Shown: positions 37,962 through 51,198 of the stretch, one piece after another
Layout of the letters: every line of letters starts with the position of its first letter
Numbering within the stretch: the stretch's first letter is position 1
NCBI GenBank assembly: GCA_964016885.1
Contig: OZ024740.1
Span: forward strand, 306,404,001-306,468,000
Length of the DNA stretch: 64,000 nucleotides
Direction of reading: 5' to 3'
Origin: Eledone cirrhosa
Lineage: Eukaryota
The notes under the pieces: generated by a model
What the model saw: the letters and a program-made list of their open reading frames with translations, nothing else
Database searches by the model: none
What the model was told of the DNA's origin: nothing
Position numbers and translations under genes: made by a program

Positions 37962-38824
37962 ATTAACTACACTTTGATCTTAGCTAAAAGCTCAAGAAGC
38001 AGCCATTGGCTAAGAACAAGATGTAATTTTTATATTGCTAAAATTTACCTGAGTTTCTATAAGGATGGGATTACAGAATGTAACATCACTTTTGTTGGGG
38101 TCCCACTTTACAATTCCCGTAACTGTGAATTCTGTCACCTAAAGAAAACAAGGGATACCTATGTGTGTGTGTGTGTCATCATCATTGCTGTTTAACATAT
38201 ATATTGTATGCTTGCATTGGTTAGATGGTTGCTACATGTTGAGACTAGATAAATTAGATGACCACATCCAGCTTGTATGCTCCATTTTGGCTTGGTTTCA
38301 ACAGATGGATGATGTTCCTAATGTGTACTTGATGTTCCAGTGTGTACTTGGAGCATTTTAATAGGACTCTAGCACTACCAACTTATGGTATTTTTCATTG
38401 TAATGCCACCACTATCACCTCACATGGTGGACTGGGTGCTTTTCATCATGGCACCAGCACTACCACTTGACAGAGAGGGCTGGGTCATAGCACCATCAAT
38501 ACCTCATTACAACACTAAGGTGGTCAGTGTCCTTGGTCTGGCTGGGGAGGCATTGATTGGGGTTGGGAGGTATAAATGAGTGTGTGTATGGATGTGTGTT
38601 GTGTGTGTGTGTGTGTGTTTGTGTGTGCATAAAATGTGTGTATATGCGTGTGTATGTATTTTCGTTTATTATTATTGTTTTTTTTGTTCACATTTCTCAC
38701 TAATAGAGAAAGGAGAGGATAATAATATTTGGGTACTACCAAATAATCCTCTTCTTCCTCGTAGACATCATCATCGTTGTCATCATCATCATCATCATCA
38801 TCATTATTGTCATTGACTTCATTT

Positions 38825-39051
38825 CCACCTTTTAGCATTTAAACCGACCATATCCGGCCAGAATTCTCTCACCTTTCTCTGATCAAACCAGCTGTAACTG
38901 GCCACTCCTACTGATGTTAAGGTATTGTTCTCAAAATAAATAATATCAAAATCTCATAGATTCAATATTATGTGAGATAATTATGTGAGGTAAAGCCCTA
39001 CCATGAAAATATAATAGTATATGTAGAGTGATGTAAATGCTAAAGGGTTAA
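38825..39051. mobile_element. piggyBac-like MITE
   Basis: CCTTTTAGCATTTA ... TAAATGCTAAAGGG-TTAA; homologous to 6383-6597. Confidence 0.6.
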
Positions 39052-39128
39052 ACAGATCTTCAATAACCTTTTTTATTTTCTATTTCAGTTTACACTGGTG
39101 AAGAATTCCTTGATACTGCTATCCCGGT

Positions 39129-39165
<37 letters not shown>

Positions 39166-39199
39166 CTTAAGAAATATGACAAAATATATATATATATAT

Positions 39200-39535
39200 G
39201 CCCCACTACCCTCACCCCATCCACACCACCCCTTCCAATGTAAAGTTATGTTGGTACCACAACATCCAGTCCTAAATAAATGAGGTCGTGTAGGTGTCAC
39301 GTCAAAAAAAAACACACAGTCCACGCTGTAATGTGGCCATGTAGGTAACAAGGTAAAACCTCCCAGTCCACACTGTAAACGTGGTTGGTGTTAGGAAGGG
39401 CATCCAGCCATAGAAAACCCGCCAGACAGTCCTGAGCAAGACAACCAATCTTGCCTCAAGTGGGAAAATTCCCGTCCAAACCCATGTTAGTGTGGAAGAT
39501 GGACGTTAAACAATGATGATGATGATGATGATGAT
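39200..39535 (+). mobile_element. RTE LINE 3' UTR-only copy
   Basis: Homologous to 4090-4440; (GAT)n tail; inside (TA)n. Confidence 0.88.
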
Positions 39536-39732
39536 ATATATATATATATATATATAAATTTAAGAAAAATAACTAAGAGGACAATATTTATATATGTGTA
39601 CACATTCAATATGTATATTATATACATACATGAAATACTTTTTTATAATTTATGTATATATGTATTTTCATTGATTATTATGATTTTTTTTATTTTTTTT
39701 TTTAACATTTCTCACCAATTGAGAAAAGAGAG

Positions 39733-39926
39733 AATAATTGTTTCTACTTTTGGCACAAGGCCAGCAATTATTCCAGTGCATTACTGGTACTTTATTTTAT
39801 CGACCCCGTAAGGATGAAAGGCAAAGTTAACCTCGGCGGGATTTGAACTCAGATCATAAAGGGAGGTAACTCTATGCTTCAAAGCATGGCGTCCGACCCT
39901 TACCGATACTGCCAATCCACCGCCCT
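39733..39926 (-). mobile_element. Nin/Deu-domain SINE with ~20-bp TSD
   Basis: TTGAGAAAAGAGAGAATAAT on both sides. Confidence 0.85.
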
Positions 39927-39993
39927 TTGAGAAAAGAGAGAATAATGATATTTGGATATTACCAAATAATCTTCCTCCTCCTCCTAGTATATA

Positions 39994-40213
39994 CAGAATG
40001 AGTTATAAGTAACCAGGCAGTTAATGCAATTTTATTGCAAGGTTTACAGATAACGTTTTGAACGTCCGTTTATTTGTGTGTGATCAGCCAGACTTATATT
40101 TTTTTTAACCCTTGTTTGTTGTATTTATAATTTTGTAAATTATGACTAGAATTTTAGTAAATATTACCATTTGGAATATAAATGTTGGATTTCCCAGTTA
40201 CTTATGTCACATC

Positions 40214-40216
<3 letters not shown>
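39994..40216. mobile_element. Degenerate Tc1/mariner-like MITE
   Basis: TA-CAGAATGAGTTATAAGTAAC ... GTTACTTATGTCACATCCTG-TA. Confidence 0.5.
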
Positions 40217-40261
<45 letters not shown>

Positions 40262-40267
<6 letters not shown>

Positions 40268-41186
40268 ATACTTTGGGAGGGTCATGTTACCAGCAGCATA
40301 TCACTAAATCGGATTTCATCTGAGGATACCCTTCTCATAACAACAACAAATGCATGAAAGACTTCTCGATTGGATTGGAACCATGGAAATAATGATCAGG
40401 ATTAAATGATTTATGTAACATCAGCATTTTTATTTTTATTGCTTTTCTAAAAATTTCCATCGTAACTAAAAACTACGAATGTTGAGAGCTTTCTTCTGCT
40501 TACTCCTGTTTTTACCAAAACAATCTCTTTGGAACACAATATATATAAATATATATACAGTATATATATATATAAATACAATATGTTGAAAAGGTAACAC
40601 ACCAGAGAGAGATATACAGTGCGCTATCAATAAAACAGGGAAAAAATCACCAGTGTATGGAATCTATAACCTATGAAAGGCAGACTATAGACATGATAAT
40701 TAAAAATATAAATTAATAGAGGTATTTATTTACACTGGTGGTTTTTTTTCCTTGTTTTATTGATAGCGCACTGTATATCTCTCTCTGGTATATCTCTCTC
40801 TGTATATCTCTCTCTCTTGTTTTTGTGTGTGTGTTGTGTCACAACACACACACAAAAACAAGATGGCATAGGACAGAACAAAGGAGAGGCACAAAAAACA
40901 AAGAAAAGAACCCCCAGTCACTGAAGAGGTCACAGGATGTGTGACGAAAGAACTTTGACAATATTTAAACAACCATCTGGTTGTGGAACCAACCAACCAA
41001 CCAACCAACCGGAAATTTATAAATTTATAAATTCCTAAATTTATAAATTTATTATAATAAATTTATTATATAAAAGTAACTGGTGCGTGTGTTTCTTATT
41101 GGCAACATGACCCTCCCAAAGTATAACAATATCGGTTTCAACACACGTTTTCAGATAAAGAATCTTGCTAAACAAATTCAGAAACG

Positions 41187-41244
<58 letters not shown>

Positions 41245-42030
41245 ATAAATTAACAGAGCCATAGGCTCTCGCAATTCCCTGTAAATAATTGTTTCTACTT
41301 TTGGCACAAGGCCAGCAATTACCCAGTGCATTACTGGCAATTCCCTGTAAATAATGTGCTCAAAGGAGAAGAAATCCTGAGCTCTTTAAAATACACCAGA
41401 GAGAGATATACAGTGCGCTATCAATAAAACAGGGAAAAAACCACCAGTGTATGGAATCTATACCTATGAAAGGCAAACTATAGACACGATAATTAAAAAT
41501 ATAAATTAAAGCGTAAATAAATACCTCTATTAATTTATATTTTTAATTATCGTGTCTATAGTCTGCCTTTCATAGGTTATAGATTCCATACACTGGTGGT
41601 TTTTTCCCTGTTTTATTGATAGCGCACTGTATATCTCTCTCTGGTGTGTTACCTTTTCAACATATTGTATTTATATATATATATATACTGTATATATATT
41701 TATATATATTGTGTTCCAAAGAGATTGTTTTGGTAAAAACAGGAGTAAGCAGAAGAAAGCTCTCAACATTCGTAGTTTTTAGTTACGATGGAAATTTTTA
41801 GAAAAGCAATAAAAATAAAAATGCTAATGTTACATAAATCGTTTAATCCTGATCATTATTTCCATGGTTCCAATGCAATCGAGAAGTCTTTCATGCATTT
41901 GTTGTTATGAGAAGGGTATCCTCAGATGAAATCCGATTTAGTGATATGCTGCCGGCAGGAAAAAACAGACGTCCTTCTACTCATGTGCCCAGCATATTAT
42001 GTAACATCAGCATTTTTATTTTTGTTATTT
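40262..42030. repeat. Nested inverted-repeat mosaic (probable PLE pseudo-LTR fragments)
   Basis: 40291-40733 is inverted at 41514-41953; sub-blocks are re-copied at 40733-40790 (inverted) and 41393-41508 (direct); 40262-40290 is inverted at 41101-41130. Confidence 0.85.
40917..40959 (+). ncRNA. Minimal hammerhead-like motif
   Basis: GTCA CTGAAGA G GTCACA-GGATG-TGTGAC GAAA GAAC TT TGAC; stems I and II pair perfectly. Confidence 0.65.
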
Positions 42031-42047
42031 TATATATATATATACTG

Positions 42048-42098
<51 letters not shown>

Positions 42099-42116
42099 TG
42101 TATATATATATATATA

Positions 42117-42611
42117 TGATAAACTCCGACCTCACACACTTACACCTCACCAAGACAATGTCACTGGACCGAGACCTTTGGCGGTACTCAGTAATAGAGA
42201 AGACCCGCCTTACCTAAATACAAAGTAAAACCTACTACAGTCAGTAGGCATCTCTAACAAAATACACCCCCGTCCCACCACCCCCACCCCATCCACACCG
42301 CCCCCTTCTATGTAAAGTTATGTTGGTGCCACACCATCCAGGCCGAAACAAATGAGGTCGTGTTGGTGTCACGACAAAAAAACACACAGTCCACGCTGAA
42401 ATGTGGCCGTGTAGGCAACACGGTAAAAACGTCCCAGTCCCACACTGTAAATGTGGTTGGTGTTAGGAAGGGCATCCAACTGTAGAAAACCTGCCAGACA
42501 GTCCTATGCGAGCAAGACAACCACTCTTGCCTCAAGTGGGAAAACCCCCGTCCAAACCCATGCAAGCGTGGAACACGGACGTTAAACGTTGATGATGATG
42601 ATGATAATGAT
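42117..42611 (+). mobile_element. 5'-truncated RTE LINE copy
   Basis: Homologous to 3968-4440; (TA)n flanks. Confidence 0.9.
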
Positions 42612-42668
42612 ATATATATATATCACAGAAAAAAAGAGATTCAGTGTTGCGACGAATGGAATTTATTG

Positions 42669-42764
42669 GACATATTACAAACGTTTCTCTGGCGACTAGC
42701 TTGAGGCACGATCTATGTGATGATCGAACCTGACTCTGAAAATCGCAAGGTCTTCAGATACGTC
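42669..42764 (-). ncRNA. Hammerhead ribozyme, left arm of palindrome
   Basis: GACGTAT CTGAAGA [branched stem II] GAAA C GTTT G TA ATATGTC. Confidence 0.7.
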
Positions 42765-42802
42765 TTGTTTCTACGAAGCAGATTTTCCTATCATAGAATC
42801 AA

Positions 42803-42898
42803 GACGTATCTGAGGACCTTGCGATTTTCAGAGTCAGGTTCGATCATCACATAGATCGTGCCTCGAGCTGGTCGCCAGAGAAACGCTTGTAATATGTC
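42803..42898 (+). ncRNA. Hammerhead ribozyme, right arm of palindrome
   Basis: GACGTAT CTGAGGA ... GAAA C GCTT G TA ATATGTC, then AATAAA at 42900. Confidence 0.7.
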
Positions 42899-43113
42899 CA
42901 ATAAATTCCATTCGTCGCAACACTGATTCTTTTTTTTTCTGTGATATCATACTCTGCTCTATGAGAGCATCGAGTGCTCATACGGTCTACCGCATACGGA
43001 CACTTTAAGCATCCAACACCAATTATATATATATATATATTTATATATATACTGTATATATATATATACTGTGTATATATAAATATATATACTGTATATA
43101 TATATATATATAC

Positions 43114-43157
<44 letters not shown>

Positions 43158-43539
43158 AATATTTATGTATTATGGTTAATATCTTCAACACATAAAAGTT
43201 GCTACTTTTGGTTTCAAATACTGCATGTATGCTAGATTGCGCAATTGCACAGATGCATGTGAACGCTATCTTTCACATGTAAAATTTAGGTAATTAATTT
43301 AATAATGCTTTTGTTATTTGAAAATATATGATTAAAGAAACATGTACATATATATGAAAATAAAGACAAAGTTAGTGGTGTTAAACAGATAAGAGTTGAA
43401 CTCATATATTATGTTTAATACTTAATTAGATTGTCTTTATTGATTCCTTGTGTTGTTTATTGTCTTGTGAAAAACCTGGTATTTACCTTAACATTGTATT
43501 AAACTATGATGAATACAGAAAGAAGTTGCCTGTATTGTT

Positions 43540-44198
43540 TATCATCATCATCATTTTTCATCAGCTTTTCCATGCTTGCATGGGTTTGAAAGGTCTTTTC
43601 CAGCACAGCATCTCTCCACTTGTTGCAGTCCTTTGTCATCTGCTCTGTGAGCCTCAGTGATTTGAGATCAGCTCTCACAACTTCCACCCAGGTTTTCCTT
43701 AGTCACCTTCTACTTCAGTTTCCTTATACTGGGTTTTTTTTTGGCACTTCACCTAACAACCATTATTGATATGCATCACATGTCCATACCAGTGTAATCT
43801 TCTCTTCTGCACAATACATCTGATTCCTTTAATATCCAGCTTTTCTCTCAGCTCTGCTTTGTCGTTCATGCACATTCATCGAAGCATGCTTGCCTCAATC
43901 CTCTGCATTCACTATGCATGTCTCATTACCTTGCAATATCATACATTGAACACTGGCATCATACAGTTGGCCTTCATTTTGCATAGAGGAACCATTTGTT
44001 ATCAATAGAGTAATAGCTCCCTGAAATTTTTCCATCCTCTTCTTATTCTAGCTACTATGCACTCAGAGAAACCTCCTCCACTGCTAATTAGGTCCCCCTA
44101 AGTAACAGAAGCTATCAACTGCTTCTATAATTCCTTCTTGGGATTAAAAAAAGTTCATTTCACTGATGCTCTTACAACCAACTGTCCCTGTGCATCTA
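43540..44198 (-). mobile_element. 5'-truncated copy of the second RTE family
   Basis: EVVRADLKSLRLTEQMTKD...QTHASMEK, YGHVMH, GDLISSGGG; (GAT)n tail. Confidence 0.8.
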
Positions 44199-44231
44199 AG
44201 TGTGTGTGTGGTACAATGTAATGATTATAGT

Positions 44232-44303
<72 letters not shown>

Positions 44304-44521
44304 TTAATAGTATTGTGGCTCTCAAAAAAAATCCCCTTTCGATGAAAATCTACCATTTACAACTGAATTGAACATTTAAACTGTATACAACAAATTTGAA
44401 ACATTTAAAGAAATGCAAAATAATTGAATAGAAATCAGTTATTGTAAAAAACCATCTTCAAATGAAAATTAAGACTTATCATTGTTAACCTGTTGAAAAA
44501 ATCAATAATAATAATTATTAG

Positions 44522-45213
44522 GGCCGTGAATTGGCAGTATTGGTAGAGGGTCAGACATGCTTTCCAGCATAGTTACGTCACTTTACGATCTGAGTTCAAA
44601 TCCCACTGAGGTTAACTTTGCCTTTCATCCTTACGGGGTCAATAAAATAAAGTACCAGTAATGTACTGGGTGAGCTGGCCTTGTGCCAAAAGTAGAAACA
44701 ATAATTATTATTGTTTCTACTTTAGGCACAAGGCCAACAAATTTGGTGAGAGGGGAAAGTTGATTAAATCAACCCCGAGTACATTACTGGTGCTTTACTT
44801 TATCAACCCCGTAAGGATGAAAAGCAAAGCTAACCTCATCGGGATGTGAACTCAGAACGCAAAGGGCCATAACTCTATGCCACAAAACATGTTGTCCGAC
44901 GCTCTACTGATACTGCCAATCCGCCACCCTCAATCTAAACTATAATAAAGCAAGGGCTGCGGGACTGCGAACGGTTTATTTCTTTTAATCCAGTTAGTAA
45001 AATAAGTTGGATTACTTTGAACAAATAATTGTTTCTACTTTTGGCACCAAGCCAGCAATTATTCCAGTGTATTACTGGTACTTTATTTTATCGACCCCGT
45101 AAGGATGAAAGGCAAAGTTAACCTCGGCGGGATTTGAACTCAGACCATAAAGGGCCGTAACTCTTTGCTGCAAAGCATGGTGTCCGACCCTCTACCGATA
45201 CTACCAATCCACC
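44522..45213. mobile_element. Cluster of three Nin/Deu SINEs (44522-44705 +, 44706-44930 -, 45025-45213 -)
   Basis: Conserved core and tails; the first two are joined tail-to-tail at AATAATTATTATT. Confidence 0.8.
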
Positions 45214-45402
45214 AATGTGCTTATGTGTTAAATTTCGTAAACAAATAATTTCGTAAAAATAAATAATCTAAAATTGACTTCTTTTCAAAGTTGCACTTCC
45301 TGTATATCGTCGCCACCACCACCACCACTTCAACTACCATATAGATAGAAAGAGAGAGTTTGTGATATTATGATGTTATACACACTGATGCGTATGAGTG
45401 TG

Positions 45403-45446
<44 letters not shown>

Positions 45447-46450
45447 AGTATATAATCGCGCAAACACAAATTTATAAAAATACTCTCACGGACATAAGTC
45501 ACACAAATACACATACATTCACACAAACATACAGCTGATGACCCACCGGGCCATATTGGAACCCTCTAAAATGGCGAAACATGCTCCTGCAGAGTGTGTA
45601 CATGTGTGATTTAGGTGAGGATGGTTTTTCATTTTAATTTATACTTTTAATTTTAATGTTTTACCAATGCCTCTAGTAGCTTATATTCTCCCCACGCTGG
45701 TGGTTCGAAATTCCTGTAATGAAAAACACACTCTTCTGTGTCTTTCCCCTCTATATATTGTACATTCACACATATACATTTACACAAACACACACATACA
45801 GTCATGATAGCATTCGGTTTAATTGGAAATGGGAGGGTAAAAGAAGTATAACGTTTTATTTATTTATTAAATCTTTATTTATTAACTCTTTTTTTTTTAA
45901 CTCATAAAATATAACTAGCAGAAAAACCACTCGAAGGGTGGTTTTCTGCTAGCATGTGTAGTGTGTATATTGATATTATACGCAAGTATATATGCATGTA
46001 GATATGATCAAATAAAATCGTAATTGACAACATACACAGAAATTGAACGAAGACTGTGTTACAGTCTTATGTAATCAGTAACGTAATTCATTAAAAAAAG
46101 ACGATATTATATATAAACTGCATTAGGAGAAAATTAGTGACAGAAATATATGAATATTTATTTATACGGTCGCTAACCGGAAGTGTTGACATTTGAAAAT
46201 GTTAAAGAAGTGAATCTTTAAATAAGTAATAAAATATATTTAATGAACAGCCACGAAATTTAGTAGATAAATTATGTAATATTCATTGGTTCAAAGTAAT
46301 CCAACTTATTTAACTAAGGAGATAAAAATGATAAACCGTATGCAGTCCCGCGCTTCTTACTTTATTATAGTTTAGATTAAGCACTGTTGTACGCCCATTG
46401 ATTAGATATATATAAATGTAATAGCATATAAATTATGTCTGATGCAGACA

Positions 46451-47132
46451 CACATGTGCGAAGGATGGTCCTTACTGCGCATGCGCGAAGGCTGGCCCAT
46501 ACTGCGCATGCGCGAAGGCTGGCCCATACTGCGCATGTGTGAAGGCTGGTCCGTACTTCGCATGTGTGAAGTCTGGTCCAAACTGCGCAGCGCGAAGTCT
46601 GGTCCGTACTGCGCATGCGCGAAGGCTGGTCCGAAGTGCGCATACGCGAAGTCTGGTCCGTATTGCGCATGCGCTAGGCCTGGTCTGTACTGCACATGCA
46701 CGACGGTTGGTCCGAAGTGCGCATGCGCAAAGTCTGGTCTGAAGTGCACATGTGCGAAGTCTGGTCCGAAGTGTGCATCCGTGTAGTCTGGTCCGAAGTG
46801 TGCATGCACGAAGTCTGGTCTGTACTGCACATGCGCGCAGTCTGGTTCGTACTGCACATGCACGAAGTCTGGTCCAAAGTGCGCAAGCACGAAATCTGGG
46901 CCGTACTGTGCATGCGCGAAATCTGATCTATACTGCACATGCGCGAAGGCTAGTCCGTACTGCGCATGAGCCAAGGCTGGTCCGAAGTACGCATGCGCGA
47001 AGGATGGTCTGTACTGCGCATGTGCGAAGGCTGGTCCATACTGTGCATACCCGAAGGCACATCCGTACTGCGGGTGCGTGAAGCCTGGTCCATACTGTGC
47101 ATGTGCGAAGGCCAGTCAGTACTGTGCATGTG
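46451..47132. repeat. 27-bp GC-rich minisatellite, ~25 units (GAAGKCTGGTCCGTACTGCGCATGCGC)
   Basis: Periodicity read directly; produces 9-aa-repeat ORFs on both strands. Confidence 0.95.
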
Positions 47133-47444
47133 CTAATATATATATATATATAGACACACATACACACCCCACACAAATCGTCTTCCGAGGTTAGTGAAGC
47201 TATTATTAATCCTCCCCGGATGAAGTAACTTGCAAATTCTTCGTAATTCTTGAAATGCAATTATACATCTGACGGACACACTCTCTAGAATAGATGTGTG
47301 TGTGTGTGAGAGAGGTAGATAGACAGGTAAGTTGGCAGGTAGATAGATAGGTCGATAGATCGATATGTAGATATATAGGTAGGTAGATAGAAAGATAGAC
47401 GATAGTGTGGTTATCTGTATATGTGACATCAATCTGAATTATAT

Positions 47445-48830
47445 TACCTCAGGATGATACTACATCACAAGGCTAGGTCAACTTCATACAAAGATTTGAG
47501 GACAATTGAAGGAGTTGAATTTCCAACATTCCAAGAAGCATGCAGGAAACTTGGTCTGTTAGATGAAGATGGAGAAAAAGACAAAGCTATGGAAGAGGCC
47601 TCATCCATTACGCTTGGTCCTCAGCTGTGAGAGATCTTCTGCACCATTTTATCGTACAGCATGCCAAATGACCCTCTACAGTTCTGGGAGAAATGGAAGA
47701 ATTGTCTTGCAGAAGATATCATGCATGAACATCATGAGCAAGTCATGTCCATGCAAACCGTGCAGATTGTTCTACAGAAGATCCAACAAAGATTTCAACA
47801 TAATGGCTTGGACATTCATACCAACTATGGACTTCCTTGGCCAGACCCAACTATTGTTGCCATACCAGAAATCAACAGGGTTCTTATGGCAGAAACTGTT
47901 TTCAATACACACCAACTGCAAGCAAACAAATGAACTTCTGCCAACATTGAATCCTGAGAAACTGGTTATTTTTCACAAAGTAATCACCTCTGTAAATGAA
48001 AATAAAGGCAGAATTTTCTGCTTGAATTCAAGTGCAGGTACAGGAAAGACCTATGTCATAAACATCCTATTGGATTACCTCCGATCTAAAAAAAAAAAAA
48101 TTGCACTTGCCACTGCCATATCTGGAATAATAGCCACTTTGCTTCACAAAGGTAGAACTCTTCATTCCAAGTGTAAGATTCCTCTCAATGTGACTGCTGA
48201 ATCAACTTGCTTTTTCACAAAGAGGGATGACACAGATAAACTTATGCAGCAAGCTGACCTCCTAATCATTGATGAGATAGGTATGGGACATAAGCATATC
48301 TTTGAATGCCTTGACAGGAGCTTCAAAGATGTTTGAGATTGCAAAGAGCCATTTGGTGGTCTAACAATTACTATCTGGTGACTGGAAGCAAATTCTTCCA
48401 GTTGTACGTCATGGTGCTAGAACACAAATAGTTGAGGCAACCATCAAGAGATCCTATCTCTGGGACTATGTGGAAACCATGGAGATGACAACAAATCAAC
48501 GGTTAATTAATGCAGAGGATTCTGATGAAAGATAGTTTGCAAACTACCTTCTTCATGTGGGAGATGGTAACATTCCAACTGTTCCAACTGTAGGTACATT
48601 CACATTCTTCTGCCAAATGAACTTTGTCTGGAATATGGTAATGTGTCTGGACTGTGTGATGCAGGAATGGATGTAGATCATGATGCTATATTTGAAGGAG
48701 CAGTATTTGTGACAGACATAGCACAGGGATTGAAGCAAGATGCTATTTTTGGAAGTTCTCCCATCTTCTATTTCCCCTCCATAGTTTTTTTTATCTTTTC
48801 TAAGCTTCACTTAATATAGGGGGCTCTATT
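47445..48830 (+). pseudogene. Helitron RepHel (Pif1-like helicase) pseudogene
   Basis: TSYKDLRTIEGVEFPTFQEACRKLGLL, Walker A SAGTGKT, ATAISGIIA...GRTLHS, LLIIDE, PFGG, GDWKQILPVV; frameshifts and stops. Confidence 0.9.
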
Positions 48831-49982
48831 TCTGTCAACAGGATATCCACCTGGACAACAATATTTCATCTAAAAATCGAACCAGCTTGCATTGTCTAAC
48901 TTTAAAGTTAAGTTATTCATTTTAAAAACAGATATGTACTTTCTAAAAGCAACAAATATTTATAATTTGCTTCTGATAGGATGCACTGAAAGGAATATTC
49001 CCCCACGACCCTCGCAGGAATAAGTGGGCAAAGAAAAAGAAGTATAGTATAGCATTTATTTATTGATCACTAGTTGCATGGGATAAGGTATTGTGAAATA
49101 TATAACCGCCTTAGCTAAGCTTAGTATTGCCACAACCACGGCTGGTAAAGAAGTAAGGGTCTGGTGGTATGTAAGTAAGCAACACTGTGGCTTAAGACGT
49201 GAGGAAGAAGTCGTGTGCACTTACCAACTGTTTGGGGAATGAGTGTGAAATTTGTCTTGAGCAAGGGTGGCAGAATAACCAGAGGCAGCAGACAGACAGA
49301 CATACAAACAGATATTATAAGGGCACGTTCTGGACGGAGAGGGAATTGTGGGAAGTGACGTAATGCAGACAGCCAGACATACAGAAAGATATTATAAGGG
49401 CGTGACGTTATATGTATGTATCTATCTAAAAAGAGAAAGACTAAGAATTATAGAGAGAGATCGCTAAATCGCCTAATGCGGTCCCTACGGCATTGAAAAT
49501 TCGAAATTTTATTTGCTCAGAACACTCCCTGAAACATAAGTATTACATGTGTAAAGTTTGAAAACAGTCGGTTGGGTGGTTCTTGAGTTTTAGGGATTCG
49601 AACTCACACACACACACACACACACAGACATCCTCAGTTTTATATATATAGATAAGCCACAACACATATATTAACATTGGACCCAGTGTACCCATGACTT
49701 AAGACAGTACTAATCCTGTGCATCTTCCACACCCAAAATCTCTTTTCTGTGATCTTACTATACATAACTGTGCAACCATAGTTTATACTAAGTACACCGT
49801 ATGAAATTTCTCTTTACTCCATTTTTGTATATCAGGTGCAGTCATTTCCCTGATGACTATTACAGATATACATTTTGTTAGCACTCTGAGACAGGTTTAC
49901 TCGCTTATGTGTTTGAACCATACTTCATTGAGTGAGTAATGTGAGCAAGTATTTCCTATAACCTTACTACTTTTGAATATGT

Positions 49983-50321
49983 AGGCACATGGCTCAGTGG
50001 TTAGAGCATTGGCCTTGCAATCGAAAGGTTGTGAGTTCAATTCTCAGACCGGGTGATGTGTTGTTTCCTTGAGCAAGACACTTTATTTTCCATTGCTCCA
50101 GTTTACTCAGCTGTAGAAATGAGATGATAGGGACTGGTGTCCCTATCATTCCATTGTAAAGTGGTCATGGAGGTGCCACGGCAAAAAAGCACCCAGCACT
50201 CACTGTAAATGAGGTTGCTGTTAGGAAGGGCATCCAGCTGTAGAAATCAAGCCAGAATCAGTTCCCGTCCCACCCTTGCAAGCAGGGAAAAGTGGACGTA
50301 AAATGATGATGATGATGATGA
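49983..50321 (+). mobile_element. tRNA-SINE with RTE tail
   Basis: Near-identical to 18801-19143. Confidence 0.88.
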
Positions 50322-51198
50322 TTATATATATATATATATATATGAGTTTCAGAAGATCCCGTTAAGTGTGAAAGCAGCAATTCTTTGCTTAAACTTTAAT
50401 CTGTTATTTTAATAAATATTTGCCCTACGGTTCTTATATATCGAGCCCTCTTTGGATTTTAGTCTTCAAATTTATTATTATTACTATATATATATATATA
50501 TATATTCTTCGGCTCTGTTTAATTACATTGAGCTATACCTTTACTGTCATTTCTATAATACGAAGAGGGTGTTTAACTCCAACACACTCTAGTATTTCAA
50601 TTCTTATATATATATATATATATTTATATAAATATAGTGTACATTACCTTCACCTCCATGCATCTCACTCTTTCATACATTTCCCATGAGCACATTACCT
50701 CCATTACCTCCCACGTCCTAATACTCTGCCCCTCACACACGCCAAAATACCCACCTCCTCAATTCTTACACACCTCTCCCACCAAAGACCCCAGCCCACA
50801 CTACAATGTGGTCATGACAAAAAGCACCCAGTACTCATTGTAAATGTAGTTGGACGAGCATCCAGCTGTAGAAACCAAGCCAAATTCTGTTTTGTATGAG
50901 TAAGACATAGTCAGGACAACCCGTCTAACCCATGCTAGCGTGGAAAAATGGATGTTAAACGGTGATGATGATGGGAGGATCCATCACTTTGTCTCAAAAG
51001 GCATGATAACTTATATATATAAGATAACTTATATATATATATATATCTGTATGTGATTGATGGCTGAGAGAAAAGAGTACTCAATAGCGAAGTAAAGTTT
51101 TAATATTCATTTTATTAAGGCTAAATTGTGAGTCTTGTTACTCTGGAGTTTTGCCTGTTTATCACAGGCTAATCATTCAATATATATATATATATACA

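Noticed and set aside
46377-47260. Overlapping 9-aa-repeat ORFs on both strands, and a superficial CRISPR-like periodicity
   Set aside because: Explained by a stop-poor 27-bp tandem unit; there are no unique spacers and no cas genes, and the context is eukaryotic.
47563-48336. 257-aa ORF as a host Pif1 helicase gene
   Set aside because: Its N-terminal half is out of frame with the helicase, and the region has frameshifts, stops and Helitron-specific upstream motifs.
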